From positions 1 through 61,972 of the forward strand of contig CAZJYC010000005.1 of the NCBI GenBank assembly GCA_964550165.1: 61,972 nt of DNA. Direction: 5' to 3'. Shown piece by piece: positions 18,852 to 28,365 of this stretch. Source of the DNA: an uncultured Eubacteriales bacterium. GTDB lineage: Bacteria; Acidobacteriota; Aminicenantia; Aminicenantales; Aminicenantaceae. Numbering within the stretch: the first letter of the stretch is position 1; every line of letters begins with the position of its first letter. The translations under genes were made by a program, and so were the position numbers. The notes under the pieces are model-generated. The model was not told the DNA's origin. It worked only from the letters and a program-made list of their open reading frames with translations, and ran no database searches.

Positions 18852-20576
18852 ATGGCCTCCAATCTTGGTGAACTTCTCTTAAGGGAAAAGCTTATTAATA
18901 CGGAGCAGCTGAGGAATGCCCTTGATTTTGAGAAGAAGAATAAGGTTCCCGTGGCTTCTGCTTTCGTTTCCCTTGGCTATATCTCGGAAGAGGAAATGGC
19001 CCAGGCTTTGAGTCGTCAGCTGGGCTACCCCTACATTGACCTCAGCCAATTCGAAATCTTCCCTGATGTCATCGAGCTCATCCCGGTGGATATTGCCAAG
19101 AAACATATGATCATGCCCATTCACCGCATCCGGTCTTTTCTCACCATGGCCATGGTCGACCCCACAGACCTCGACATCATCGAGAATGTCCGGTTCCGGA
19201 CGAACTTGAGCATCCAGCCTGTGATTGCTTCTGAGTCGGGGATTATGGATGCCGTCAATAAATATTACGGCACCAGCGATTCGCTCCGCGTTAAGGAAAT
19301 TATCGATGAAATCGAGCAGTCTGAAGATTCAACGATCAACGTCATCGAAGATGAGGATGAAGACTACAGCATTGAGGAATTGGTTCACTCCACCGAGGAA
19401 GCACCCATCATCACCCTTGTCAACACCATATTCTTGGATGCCATAAAGAAAGGCGCCTCCGATATCCATTTTGAGCCCTACGAAAAATCCTTCCGGGTAA
19501 GATACCGAATAGACGGAATTCTCCATGAAATGATGGATCTCGCCTTGAAATTCAAGAATCCGATGGTCTCCCGCGTGAAGATTCTATCAAACATGGATAT
19601 TGCCGAGAAAAGGCTGCCTCAAGACGGCCGACTCAAGGTGAGAGTTAGATGGGGAGAAAACAACCGTAAGGAAGTCGATATGCGCGTTTCCGCCGTGCCG
19701 ACGATATATGGAGAGAAAGTTGTCTCCCGTATTCTTGACCGGGAGATGTTGAAGCTAGACCTCACGAAATTGGGATTTGAAGTCGAGTCGCTTGACATTG
19801 TTAAAAAGGCGATTACCAGACCCTGGGGAATTATCCTTGTGACCGGACCGACAGGAAGCGGAAAGACCAACACTCTGTACTCAGCCATTTCCTCTCTGAA
19901 CTCCCAGGAAAAGAACATCATGACCGCGGAAGATCCCGTCGAGTTTAACATTCCTGGAGTCAACCAGGTCAACATCAAAGAAGAGATTGGCTTAACGTTT
20001 TCGTCATCTCTTAGGTCTTTCTTGCGGCAGGACCCGGATATCATGCTCGTCGGCGAGATGCGCGATTATGAGACTGTCGACATCGCCATCAAAGCGGCCC
20101 TAACCGGACACCTTGTTTTCTCCACCGTTCACACCAACGATGCTGCGGGCACCATCGTCAGGCTGATTAACATGAATGTCGAACCATTTCTGATCGCGGA
20201 TTCCCTCGTTCTGATTGTAGCCCAAAGGCTGGTCAGGCGTCTGTGCAAAAAGTGTAATGAAGAGCATAAGTTCTCGCCTGAAGCGCTTGTCGATATCGGC
20301 TTTTCTCCGGAGGACGCGAAAGAGATCAAAGTGTATAAACCCAAGGGTTGTGCGGCCTGCAGTGACACGGGCTACAAGGGAAGAGTCGGGCTGTTTGAAG
20401 TCCTGCAGATAACCGATGAAGTGAGAGACCTCATCTTAAGCAGGGCTCAACCAAGAGAAATAAAGAAGAAAGCCATGGAACAGGGCATGCTCACACTGCG
20501 GCGGAGCGGCTTGATCAAGATAAAAGAAGGCGTCACTTCTGTCGAAGAAGTCTTAAGAGAAACCGTTAGGGATTAG
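18852..20576 (+). CDS. pilB: Type IV pilus assembly ATPase PilB (GspE family)
   Basis: N-terminal GSPII_E_N-like domain. Walker A GPTGSGKTNTLYSAIS. C-terminal tetracysteine CKKCNEEH...CAACSDTGYKGRVGLFEV. Confidence 0.9.
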   Translation: MASNLGELLLREKLINTEQLRNALDFEKKNKVPVASAFVSLGYISEEEMAQALSRQLGYPYIDLSQFEIFPDVIELIPVDIAKKHMIMPIHRIRSFLTMAMVDPTDLDIIENVRFRTNLSIQPVIASESGIMDAVNKYYGTSDSLRVKEIIDEIEQSEDSTINVIEDEDEDYSIEELVHSTEEAPIITLVNTIFLDAIKKGASDIHFEPYEKSFRVRYRIDGILHEMMDLALKFKNPMVSRVKILSNMDIAEKRLPQDGRLKVRVRWGENNRKEVDMRVSAVPTIYGEKVVSRILDREMLKLDLTKLGFEVESLDIVKKAITRPWGIILVTGPTGSGKTNTLYSAISSLNSQEKNIMTAEDPVEFNIPGVNQVNIKEEIGLTFSSSLRSFLRQDPDIMLVGEMRDYETVDIAIKAALTGHLVFSTVHTNDAAGTIVRLINMNVEPFLIADSLVLIVAQRLVRRLCKKCNEEHKFSPEALVDIGFSPEDAKEIKVYKPKGCAACSDTGYKGRVGLFEVLQITDEVRDLILSRAQPREIKKKAMEQGMLTLRRSGLIKIKEGVTSVEEVLRETVRD

Positions 20577-20586
20577 AGGGAGAAAA

Positions 20587-21702
20587 ATGAAGTTATCGAT
20601 GCAAGAATTGCTTAAAACGACGGTGGATAGGGATGCCAGTGACCTCCATATCACCACCCACACTCCCCCTCGAATAAGAGTCCATGGAAGTATCATTTCT
20701 CTCGACTATCCCCATCTCACAGCGGCCGACACCAAGGAGCTTATCTACACCCTCTTGACGGACAGGCAGAAGAAGCTGTTCGAGGAGAAACTGGAGCTGG
20801 ATTTCTCCTTTGGCATCAAGGATGTAGGCCGCTTCAGGGCCAATGTCTACATGCAGAAAGGCTCCGTGGCCGGGGCGTTTCGGAGGTTGATGCCCCATAT
20901 CTGGAACTTTTCTCAGCTGGGAATTCCGACAAAGATTACCCAACTCTGTCATATACCGAGGGGATTAGTCGTGATCACAGGGCCAACGGGCTGCGGGAAA
21001 TCAACAACCCTTGCCTGTATGGTCAACTACATCAACAGCGAAAGATCCGTCCACATCATCACCATCGAAGACCCTATCGAATATTTTTTCAGTCCAAAAA
21101 AGTCCATCATCAATCAGAGGGAGCTCAATGTCGATACCCTGTCCTACCCCAACGCCCTGCGCTCCGTCTTGAGAGAAGACCCGGACGTTGTTCTTGTTGG
21201 AGAAATGAGGGATTTGGCCACAATGGAAGCCACTTTGCGTGTCGCAGAGACAGGCCACCTGACATTCTCGACACTTCACACAAACTCAGCGGCTGAAACA
21301 ATTTCCAGAATTGTCGATATCTTCCCGCCTCAGCATCAGGCTCAAACGCGGGTCACCCTTTCCATGTGTTTAGAGGCCGTGCTCACCCAAGCCCTTCTGC
21401 CTCGTGCGGACGGGAGGGGGAGGGTTTTGGCCATGGAGATACTCATCCCTAATTCTGCCATAAGAAATCTCATCCGAGAGAACAAAATCCACCAGATATA
21501 CTCCGCCATGCAGATGGGCCAGGAGAAATTTGGGATGCAAACCTTTAACCAATCTCTGGCCGCCCTCTACTATAAAGGATTGATAACCCTTGAGACGGCT
21601 ATGAACGTCTCTTATAAGGCAGATGAATTGACGGAAATCATTCAGAAGAAAGAGGGATTTAAAGCGGCCGTTGCGGGCTCCTCTTCTGAAAGAGGAAGAT
21701 AA
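20587..21702 (+). CDS. pilT: Twitching-motility retraction ATPase PilT
   Basis: MQELLKTTVDRDASDLHITTHTPPRIRVHG. GPTGCGKSTT Walker A. 371 aa. Confidence 0.9.
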   Translation: MKLSMQELLKTTVDRDASDLHITTHTPPRIRVHGSIISLDYPHLTAADTKELIYTLLTDRQKKLFEEKLELDFSFGIKDVGRFRANVYMQKGSVAGAFRRLMPHIWNFSQLGIPTKITQLCHIPRGLVVITGPTGCGKSTTLACMVNYINSERSVHIITIEDPIEYFFSPKKSIINQRELNVDTLSYPNALRSVLREDPDVVLVGEMRDLATMEATLRVAETGHLTFSTLHTNSAAETISRIVDIFPPQHQAQTRVTLSMCLEAVLTQALLPRADGRGRVLAMEILIPNSAIRNLIRENKIHQIYSAMQMGQEKFGMQTFNQSLAALYYKGLITLETAMNVSYKADELTEIIQKKEGFKAAVAGSSSERGR

Positions 21703-21718
21703 TGAAAAGGGGGAGATA

Positions 21719-22921
21719 ATGGCTGTCTTTGTTTGGGAAGGCAAGAATCGTTTTGGTGAACCTGTCAGAGGAGAGCGCGTTGCCAGGTCTGTGGATGAGC
21801 TCTCAAGAGTTCTGGCGAGAGAACAGATCAGCGTCGGTAATATTTCAAGAAAAACGGCTGAGTTCAAGATTCCCTTTCTGAAGAGAGAAAGAGTTTCTCT
21901 CAAGGAGCTGGCAGTCTACAGCCGGCAGCTCTCCGTGTTGATTGACGCGGATCTTCCTTTGATCCAGAGTTTAAACATGCTGGCTGAGCAAACGAGGAAC
22001 AAATACTTCAAGAATGTCATTCAAAATATTAGAAAGGATGTCGAAGGGGGCTCCACGCTCAATCAGGCCAAAAAGAAATACCCGAAAGTTTTCGACGACC
22101 TGTACTCTAATCTTGTGGCTTCAGGTGAGCAGAGCGGTTCGCTCGATGTCATGTTGCGGCGTCTATCCGAGTATTTGGAGAAAATCGTCAAGTTGCGGGC
22201 TCAGGTCAAGCAGGCGATGACTTATCCGACAGCTGTGTTTGCCTTTTCTGTCGTGGTGACGATTTTCATGATGTGGAAAGTCGTGCCGATCTTTTCCAAT
22301 ATTTTTCTCGAACTCGGAGCCAGTTTGCCTATCTTGACCAGGGTGGTGTTGGGCATCAGCGATTTTGTCCAGAGATATGTGATTGCTGTCTTCATCGGCC
22401 TGATCGGTTTTATTTTTCTTTTCAGGTATTTCAAGCAAACACCGACGGGGAGGATGAGTATAGATACTTTCGTGATGAAGATACCTCTTTTCGGAAAATT
22501 GATCGAGAAAGTCGCCCTGTCTCGAATCACCCGAACCCTGGCCACGCTTCTCACGGGTGGAGTGCCAATGCTGGAGAGCTTGAAAATCACGTCCTCGACA
22601 TCAGGAAATATCGTTATTGAAAATCATATCCTTGAAGCGCGAAGCCGGGTGGCAGGCGGAGCGAGCCTTATGGATGCTCTGAGAGAAAGAGCCCGTTTTC
22701 CCTATATGCTGTGCCAAATGGTGGGCGTGGGGGAAGCCACAGGAAAGCTTGACACGATGCTGACCAAGCTGGCTGATTTTTACGACGATGAGGTGGAGAG
22801 CGCAGTCGGCTCCCTTCTTTCTGTCTTGGAGCCGATTCTTCTGATCGTTGTCGGAGGAATGATCGGAGCGATCGTTATCTCCATGTACCTCCCGGTCTTC
22901 AACTTGATGCAGCAGTTTTAA
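21719..22921 (+). CDS. pilC: Type IV pilus inner-membrane platform protein PilC (GspF family)
   Basis: Two GspF repeats. Start taken at the ATG at 21719, preceded by AAAGGGGGAG. The upstream Met in the ORF track overlaps pilT. Confidence 0.85.
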   Translation: MAVFVWEGKNRFGEPVRGERVARSVDELSRVLAREQISVGNISRKTAEFKIPFLKRERVSLKELAVYSRQLSVLIDADLPLIQSLNMLAEQTRNKYFKNVIQNIRKDVEGGSTLNQAKKKYPKVFDDLYSNLVASGEQSGSLDVMLRRLSEYLEKIVKLRAQVKQAMTYPTAVFAFSVVVTIFMMWKVVPIFSNIFLELGASLPILTRVVLGISDFVQRYVIAVFIGLIGFIFLFRYFKQTPTGRMSIDTFVMKIPLFGKLIEKVALSRITRTLATLLTGGVPMLESLKITSSTSGNIVIENHILEARSRVAGGASLMDALRERARFPYMLCQMVGVGEATGKLDTMLTKLADFYDDEVESAVGSLLSVLEPILLIVVGGMIGAIVISMYLPVFNLMQQF

Positions 22922-22993
22922 AGAAGAATTAGATAAGAAAGAAAAATTAATCTCCACCTGCAAGCGAATAAGGATGTCAATAGATACCTGGAA

Positions 22994-24289
22994 ATGAAAG
23001 AAATTCAGGAAGTTGAAAAGATAACCAGAAAAAAAAAAGACATCTTAAGACTCATCCTTATTCGCCTGATCATTGTCACCTCTCTTCTCATCTCAGCGGT
23101 TATCATTCAGTCCAGTACTTCGATTTTTCTCCCGCTTAATCCTTTCTACTTCCTGATTCTCACTATCTATTTTCTCTCGTTCGTCTATCTTCTTCTCTAT
23201 ATCTCAGGCAAGTTTTATACCGCCCAGGTCTGCCTTCAGATTTTCTTCGACCTCCTTTTGATCACAACACTCGTTTATCTTTCAGGAGGGTTGCAAGGGT
23301 CTTTTTACTTCCTTTACATATTCGAAATTATCGCGGCGAGCATCGTTCTCTCCAAGCGTGCGGCCTACCTGACAGCTGCCCTTTCTGGCATATTTTTCGG
23401 TATCCTTGTCAATCTGATGTATTTTGAAATCATTCCCTATTTAGGTCCCGAAGAAAGCATGGAAATATCCCTTGGCCTTGTCATCAACAATATTTTTGTA
23501 GCCTCGAGTGCCTTTTTTCTCGTGGCCTTTTTGATGAATATCCTGACCGGAAGTTTGCAGAAGACCAGGGACGAGCTGCGCCGGGCGCAAAAGGAGCTTG
23601 AGATCAAAACGCGTCTGGCTGTTGCCGGAGAGGTCTCAGCCCAGCTTGCGCATGAAATCCGAAATCCCCTGGCAGCCATCTCCGGCTCAGTCCAGGTTTT
23701 GAAAGATGAGTTGGGATTGAGCGGAGAGCAGCGGGACCTGATGAACATCATCATCGAAGAATCCAAGAGAATTTCACAATCCATCGAACAGTTCCTGAAT
23801 CTTGCGTCTCCTGTCCAGAGAACCTTCTCCTCCATCGATCTTTCAGCGATTCTGAAGGAAGCCCTCGTGCTTCTTCAGAGAAGTGGAGAGGTGAACGGGA
23901 ATGTGAATGTGGAAGGGAACTTCAAGGTTATAAGCGTTCCTTATTTCGGAAACAGCAATCAGTTTAAGCAGCTCTTCTGGAATCTGGTCAAAAATTCTCT
24001 CAAAGCTATGCCCGCGGGCGGAACATTGACCATAGACTTTGCCAAGATCAAAAAGGACAAACTCCGGTTGAGAATTGCTGACACAGGAGTGGGTATGTCC
24101 AAAGAGGAAAAAGAAAGGTTATTCGAGCCGTTTTTTTCAGGGTTCGAGAACGGAAGAGGAATCGGCATGGGCGTTATCCGCCGCATCGTTGCCGACTATC
24201 GAGGAGAAATCGATGTTCTCTCTGAGTCCAATAAAGGGACAGAGGTTATCATAACTCTCCCTCTGGGGTCAAAAGGTCATCGTTTATAA
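22994..24289 (+). CDS. Membrane sensor histidine kinase (PilS-like)
   Basis: About six N-terminal TM helices. H-box HEIRNPLAAISGSVQVL. HATPase_c with G-boxes (DTGVGM, GRGIGMGV). Confidence 0.8.
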   Translation: MKEIQEVEKITRKKKDILRLILIRLIIVTSLLISAVIIQSSTSIFLPLNPFYFLILTIYFLSFVYLLLYISGKFYTAQVCLQIFFDLLLITTLVYLSGGLQGSFYFLYIFEIIAASIVLSKRAAYLTAALSGIFFGILVNLMYFEIIPYLGPEESMEISLGLVINNIFVASSAFFLVAFLMNILTGSLQKTRDELRRAQKELEIKTRLAVAGEVSAQLAHEIRNPLAAISGSVQVLKDELGLSGEQRDLMNIIIEESKRISQSIEQFLNLASPVQRTFSSIDLSAILKEALVLLQRSGEVNGNVNVEGNFKVISVPYFGNSNQFKQLFWNLVKNSLKAMPAGGTLTIDFAKIKKDKLRLRIADTGVGMSKEEKERLFEPFFSGFENGRGIGMGVIRRIVADYRGEIDVLSESNKGTEVIITLPLGSKGHRL

Positions 24290-24317
24290 TACGCATCGAT
24301 AAAAAGGAGAGTTCAAC

Positions 24318-25685
24318 ACGGAAAAACTGCTCATCATCGATGACGAGAAGAGTCTTCTCGACCTCCTGAACGTTGTCTTTAAGAAGGAAGGCTATAAAGT
24401 CGAGACTGCCCTTTCTGCGTCCAAGGCTTTCGAATTACTGGACAGCCAGAATTTCGACCTCATCCTCACCGATATAAAGCTTCCTCAGCACAGCGGAATG
24501 GATGTTCTTCGGCATGTCAAAAAAAGTAGACCAGACGTTCCAGTCATCATGATAACCGCCTACGGGAATATCAAGCAGGCTGTAGAGGCGATGAAAGAGG
24601 GGGCGATGGATTATATTCTCAAGCCTTTTGACGTGGAAGAGTTGAAGATCATCGTCGCCCAGGGGCTGGAGCGGTGGAGGCTGAGGAAGGAGAATATCCA
24701 GCTCCGAAAGGAGCTGAAGGAGAAGTACAGCTTCGAGAATATCGTCGGCAAGAGCAAGAGGATGAGGGAAATCTACAGCTTGATCGAGAAAACAGCCCCA
24801 ACGGATTCAACCATTCTCATCACCGGGGAAAGCGGGACAGGGAAAGAAATGGCGGCCAGGGCCATCCATGTTCTCAGTCGCCGGCGCGATAAGTCGTTTG
24901 TATCCATAAATTGCGGGGCTCTTCCGGAAAGCCTTCTGGAGAGCGAGCTCTTCGGACATATGAAAGGGGCTTTCACCGACGCCGTGGCCGATAAAGATGG
25001 CATGTTTGAGGTGGCGGAGGGAGGAACTCTGTTCCTGGATGAAGTGGGAGAGACGTCTCCCGTGACACAGGTGAAGGTTCTCCGGACTCTCCAGGATAGG
25101 AAAGTAAGGAGAGTCGGCGGCACAGAAGAGATTCCTGTGGATGTCCGGATTATCGCAGCCACCAACCAGAATTTAAAAAGAAAAATCGAAGAAAAAAAAT
25201 TCCGCGAAGACCTTTTCTACAGACTGAATGTCATCTCTTTTGAGATGCCTCCTTTAAGAAAAAAGAAGGAGGACCTGCCTCTTCTTGTCTCCCACTTTCT
25301 AAAAAAATACTGCGATAAAATGGGGACGAGGGCGAAAAGAATTGCTCCAGAGGTGATGAGTATCTTCGAATCTTACCACTGGCCAGGAAATGTCAGGGAG
25401 CTGGAGAATGTGATTGAAAGAGTTGTGGCCATCGAAGAAAGGAATATTATAACCAGGGACAGTCTTCCAGAAGAGCTGCTTTCTCCTCATAAGAAGCCCG
25501 ATACCGGGTATCTTTTTGAATCCGGGTTTAAGCTCAATTCTCACCTTGATGATATCGCCAAGAATTTTATCAGACAGGCTCGCCAGGCTACGGACGGGAA
25601 TCTCAGGAAGGCAGCCTCCCTCCTTGGAATCAGCTACCGCACCTTGAGATATCTCATCGAGAAGTACAGCATAAAATCACCCTGA
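24318..25685 (+). CDS. Sigma-54-dependent response regulator (NtrC/PilR family). The 5' boundary is uncertain.
   Basis: Receiver domain EKLLIIDDEKSLLDLL...DLILTDIKLPQHSGMDVLRHV is encoded upstream of the ORF-track start at 24498, in the same frame. AAA+ GESGTGKEMAARAIH. GAFTDA sigma-54 contact motif. C-terminal HTH LRKAASLLGISYRTLRYLIEKY. No ATG/GTG/TTG lies between the in-frame TAA at 24300 and the receiver domain. Confidence 0.8.
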   Translation, partial: TEKLLIIDDEKSLLDLLNVVFKKEGYKVETALSASKAFELLDSQNFDLILTDIKLPQHSGMDVLRHVKKSRPDVPVIMITAYGNIKQAVEAMKEGAMDYILKPFDVEELKIIVAQGLERWRLRKENIQLRKELKEKYSFENIVGKSKRMREIYSLIEKTAPTDSTILITGESGTGKEMAARAIHVLSRRRDKSFVSINCGALPESLLESELFGHMKGAFTDAVADKDGMFEVAEGGTLFLDEVGETSPVTQVKVLRTLQDRKVRRVGGTEEIPVDVRIIAATNQNLKRKIEEKKFREDLFYRLNVISFEMPPLRKKKEDLPLLVSHFLKKYCDKMGTRAKRIAPEVMSIFESYHWPGNVRELENVIERVVAIEERNIITRDSLPEELLSPHKKPDTGYLFESGFKLNSHLDDIAKNFIRQARQATDGNLRKAASLLGISYRTLRYLIEKYSIKSP

Positions 25686-25742
25686 AAAATTCCAGAAAAG
25701 CGGTCGATGGGAATTCTAAGAATCTCAAAAAGCGCCAAAATT

Positions 25743-25768
25743 TGTCAAATGAAAGACATAAATTGTCA
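25743..25768 (+). promoter_or_regulatory. Candidate enhancer/UAS with three TGTC/GACA half-sites, upstream of the pilin sigma-54 promoter
   Basis: tTGTCaaatgaaaGACAtaaatTGTCa, with half-sites at 25743-25746, 25755-25758 and 25765-25768, about 70-110 bp upstream of the -24 element. Same GACA-N5-TGTC geometry as at the pilB promoter. Confidence 0.4.
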
Positions 25769-25838
25769 TTTTAAATTGAAAAATATGATAGTTATGTATT
25801 AATTTATTTATTTTCAATATGTTAAGATTGAACTGAAT

Positions 25839-25854
25839 TGGCACGTATATTGCT
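25839..25854 (+). promoter_or_regulatory. Sigma-54 (RpoN) -24/-12 promoter for the pilin genes
   Basis: TGGCACGtataTTGCT matches the consensus TGGCACG-N4-TTGCW exactly. The pilin ATG is at 25935. A sigma-54 activator gene lies immediately upstream. Confidence 0.75.
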
Positions 25855-25934
25855 ACTAATTAAGCATCGTGAAAAAACATTTAAATTTTGAGCCAGACTG
25901 AAAATAAAGTCACTCAAAAAAAGGAGGTTTTTAA

Positions 25935-26468
25935 ATGTTAAAAAAAGTGAGAGGCTTCACACTGATTGAACTGTTGATCGTTGTGGCCATCATCGGAATT
26001 CTTGCCGCTCTGCTCATCCCCAACGCCATTACCGCCATCCAGAAAGCCAAGCAGAAAAGCACCATGAAGGACCTTACCGTTATTTCCACAGCCATCGCCG
26101 ACTACGTGACTGACGCGGGTGCAGCTCCGATCCAGGATGGCACCTATAATGCCACTGCTGCTTTTTACACCGCACTTTCTCCCTTCTATGTCAAGGTTCT
26201 TCCCATCAACGACCAGTGGGGTAACAATTTCTATGCTTACTGTGGCACCGCTGTCGACGGCAACTATGGATGTACTGGGGCTGGAACGGATGACTTTCTC
26301 GTCGCCTCCTACGGCCGCGACAGGGAGTTGGAGAGCTTCAGCTTCAACCCCTCTGACCCGGAAGCCGGGCTCTTTGTTGTCAGCTCCATGGCTCACTTCA
26401 ACAATGACCTGGTGATGTGGAACGGCTCCTGGATCCGCGCTCCGAGGACTGCTGCAACCGGCACATAA
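25935..26468 (+). CDS. pilA: Type IV pilin with a prepilin cleavage/N-methylation domain
   Basis: MLKKVRG|FTLIELLIVVAIIGILAALLIPNAI: G-1, F+1, E+5. AAGGAGG Shine-Dalgarno. 177 aa. Confidence 0.85.
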   Translation: MLKKVRGFTLIELLIVVAIIGILAALLIPNAITAIQKAKQKSTMKDLTVISTAIADYVTDAGAAPIQDGTYNATAAFYTALSPFYVKVLPINDQWGNNFYAYCGTAVDGNYGCTGAGTDDFLVASYGRDRELESFSFNPSDPEAGLFVVSSMAHFNNDLVMWNGSWIRAPRTAATGT

Positions 26469-26629
26469 TTTTAACTCAGCTCTGCTTAGAAGCCTTTGTG
26501 ATTGGCTGAAGAGGGGCGATACATCGTAGGATGGATCGCCCTTTTTCATTTAGCCTCCAAGGAAGGACAGTGTTGCTAAAAAAAGCTTTGCGGATGAGAG
26601 GAAAAAATAGTATACTCGAGCCAAAGGTT

Positions 26630-27193
26630 ATGGAGAAAAACGCAAAGGGTTTTACATTGATTGAACTTCTGGTTGTGGTGGCTGTGGTCGGGATTCTTGC
26701 CGCCCTGACCATCCCCAATGCTATCGTGGCAATCCAGAAATCCAAGCAAAAGCAGACCATGAAGGACATGGTCGGAATCGCCACTGCTATTGCCGATTAC
26801 ATCACGGATAAAGGAGAAGCCCCTGACTCAGGGAATCAAGCAGGGCCGATCAGCGCTACAGGTGTTTTTATCCAGTCTATTTCTCCCACATACATCAGAA
26901 GCTGTCCTGTCAACGATAAATGGGGAAATCCTTACAGGGTTTATTCAGGTATGGCTGTTGGCACAGTTTACGGCATTCCGTCTGATGATTTAGGCCCTGA
27001 TGACTTTTTGATTGTGTCTCTGGGACGGGATAAAGCAGACGGCGGCTCGATGACTTATACTTATAATCCCAGCAATCTCTATGCAGGATTTTATGCGATC
27101 AATTCCGTCGATGACTTCGACAATGACCTGATCAACTTCAACGGCACCTGGCTTCATGCGCCCCGCATACTCCTGTCCGAATCCGGAACATAA
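26630..27193 (+). CDS. Second tandem type IV pilin, paralogous
   Basis: MEKNAKG|FTLIELLVVVAVVGILAALTIPNAI. C-terminal FNGTWLHAPR mirrors WNGSWIRAPR of the first pilin. Start taken at the internal ATG at 26630, not 26531. Confidence 0.8.
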   Translation: MEKNAKGFTLIELLVVVAVVGILAALTIPNAIVAIQKSKQKQTMKDMVGIATAIADYITDKGEAPDSGNQAGPISATGVFIQSISPTYIRSCPVNDKWGNPYRVYSGMAVGTVYGIPSDDLGPDDFLIVSLGRDKADGGSMTYTYNPSNLYAGFYAINSVDDFDNDLINFNGTWLHAPRILLSESGT

Positions 27194-27367
27194 TCGAGCT
27201 GATATCTGCTCTCACCTCAGCCACTTCTTGCAAAATTCTTTATCCCTTAAATCCTTCCTTTTTAACTCCGCATTCATCCAATCCTTTCCTGATAGAGTTT
27301 GTCCCTGCCTTTAAATCCTGAACAAAATAAAAAGGCTCTCTGCTGGTTAAACGTAAACTTGATTGAT

Positions 27368-27476
27368 TCTCTTCCATTTTGTGTGGCTTATCTGAGAACT
27401 TCTCAGAGATGGCCTCGCTCCCCTTCAGGTTTTTAACGGCGTGCCTTCGAGCCCATCTGCCTGAGCCAGAAGCAAT
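27368..27476 (+). repeat. MITE-like left-arm copy (B-type half of the element)
   Basis: tctcttccattttgtgtggcttatctgagaacttctcagagatggcctcgctccccttcaggtttttaacgg aligns with 18277-18355. Confidence 0.7.
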
Positions 27477-27535
27477 ATCAAAATTTTTGATTGCTCATTC
27501 TTAAAAATATCCGTTCTATGGTATAATCTCCAAAA

Positions 27536-28285
27536 ATGCGAACCATAATTCTTCTCGTTATTTACATCCTGTTGTCGATTCTCATTCTCATTCCAGTTAT
27601 TTTGTTTTGTTACCTGATGAAGCGGGAACAGCCTTTGTTCTCCATCAGCAAATGGGCTTTGCGCCTCGGTCAGATAGTTTTAGGAATTCGGCTTGATGTC
27701 TCTGGGATAGAAAAAATAGAAAAAAAAGCTGCATATGTTTTCATGTCCAACCATTTGAGTTTAGTCGACGGGCCTTTGCTTTTCATGCTCATCCCCAAAT
27801 CCTTAAAAGTCATCCTGAAGAAGGAAGTCTTCAGGATTCCGGTCATCAGCCAAGGCATGAGACAGGCCGGTTTTATCCCCGTTGACCGCAAAAGCATAAG
27901 AGGGGGAAAAGAAAGTATTGACCGGGCCTCAAGAGTCATCAGGGAGAAGGCTTTCTCTTTCCTGATTTTTCCTGAGGGGACGAGGAGCCGGGATGGGAAG
28001 CTTCAGCCATTCAAGCGGGGTGGATTTTTACTGGCCTTAAACAGCGGTGCTTCTATCGTTCCGGTGAGCATCAAAGGTTCCTATGAACTCATGCCCAAAG
28101 GCTCCTTTTTTGCCAAGAGAGGCGATATCAGGGTGATTTTTCATTCCCCTCTTTCTGTGGCGGGATTCAAACAAGATAGAATTTCCGAATTAAGAGATCG
28201 AGTCAGGGACATCATCCAATCGGGATTAGGGCAAGATGCAGAAGCCTGTCAGCCTTGTCAGCTCCAGCCGTATAATCCTGAATAG
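27536..28285 (+). CDS. plsC: 1-acyl-sn-glycerol-3-phosphate acyltransferase
   Basis: N-terminal TM. Acyltransferase motifs NHLSLVDGPLLF (HX4D) and FPEGTRSRDG. Confidence 0.85.
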   Translation: MRTIILLVIYILLSILILIPVILFCYLMKREQPLFSISKWALRLGQIVLGIRLDVSGIEKIEKKAAYVFMSNHLSLVDGPLLFMLIPKSLKVILKKEVFRIPVISQGMRQAGFIPVDRKSIRGGKESIDRASRVIREKAFSFLIFPEGTRSRDGKLQPFKRGGFLLALNSGASIVPVSIKGSYELMPKGSFFAKRGDIRVIFHSPLSVAGFKQDRISELRDRVRDIIQSGLGQDAEACQPCQLQPYNPE

Positions 28286-28365
28286 GCTGAAAATTGAGTT
28301 ATGAATCAGGCTGGCTGAAGAAAGAAGAAAAGCCCTTTTTTACGTGCCGGACATAAGGAGGGTCG

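Noticed and set aside
26531-26629. Upstream start for the second pilin (MDRPFSFSLQGRTVLL...)
   Set aside because: Prepilins have short basic leaders ending in Gly. The internal MEKNAKG|FTLIELL at 26630 fits, and the extension does not.
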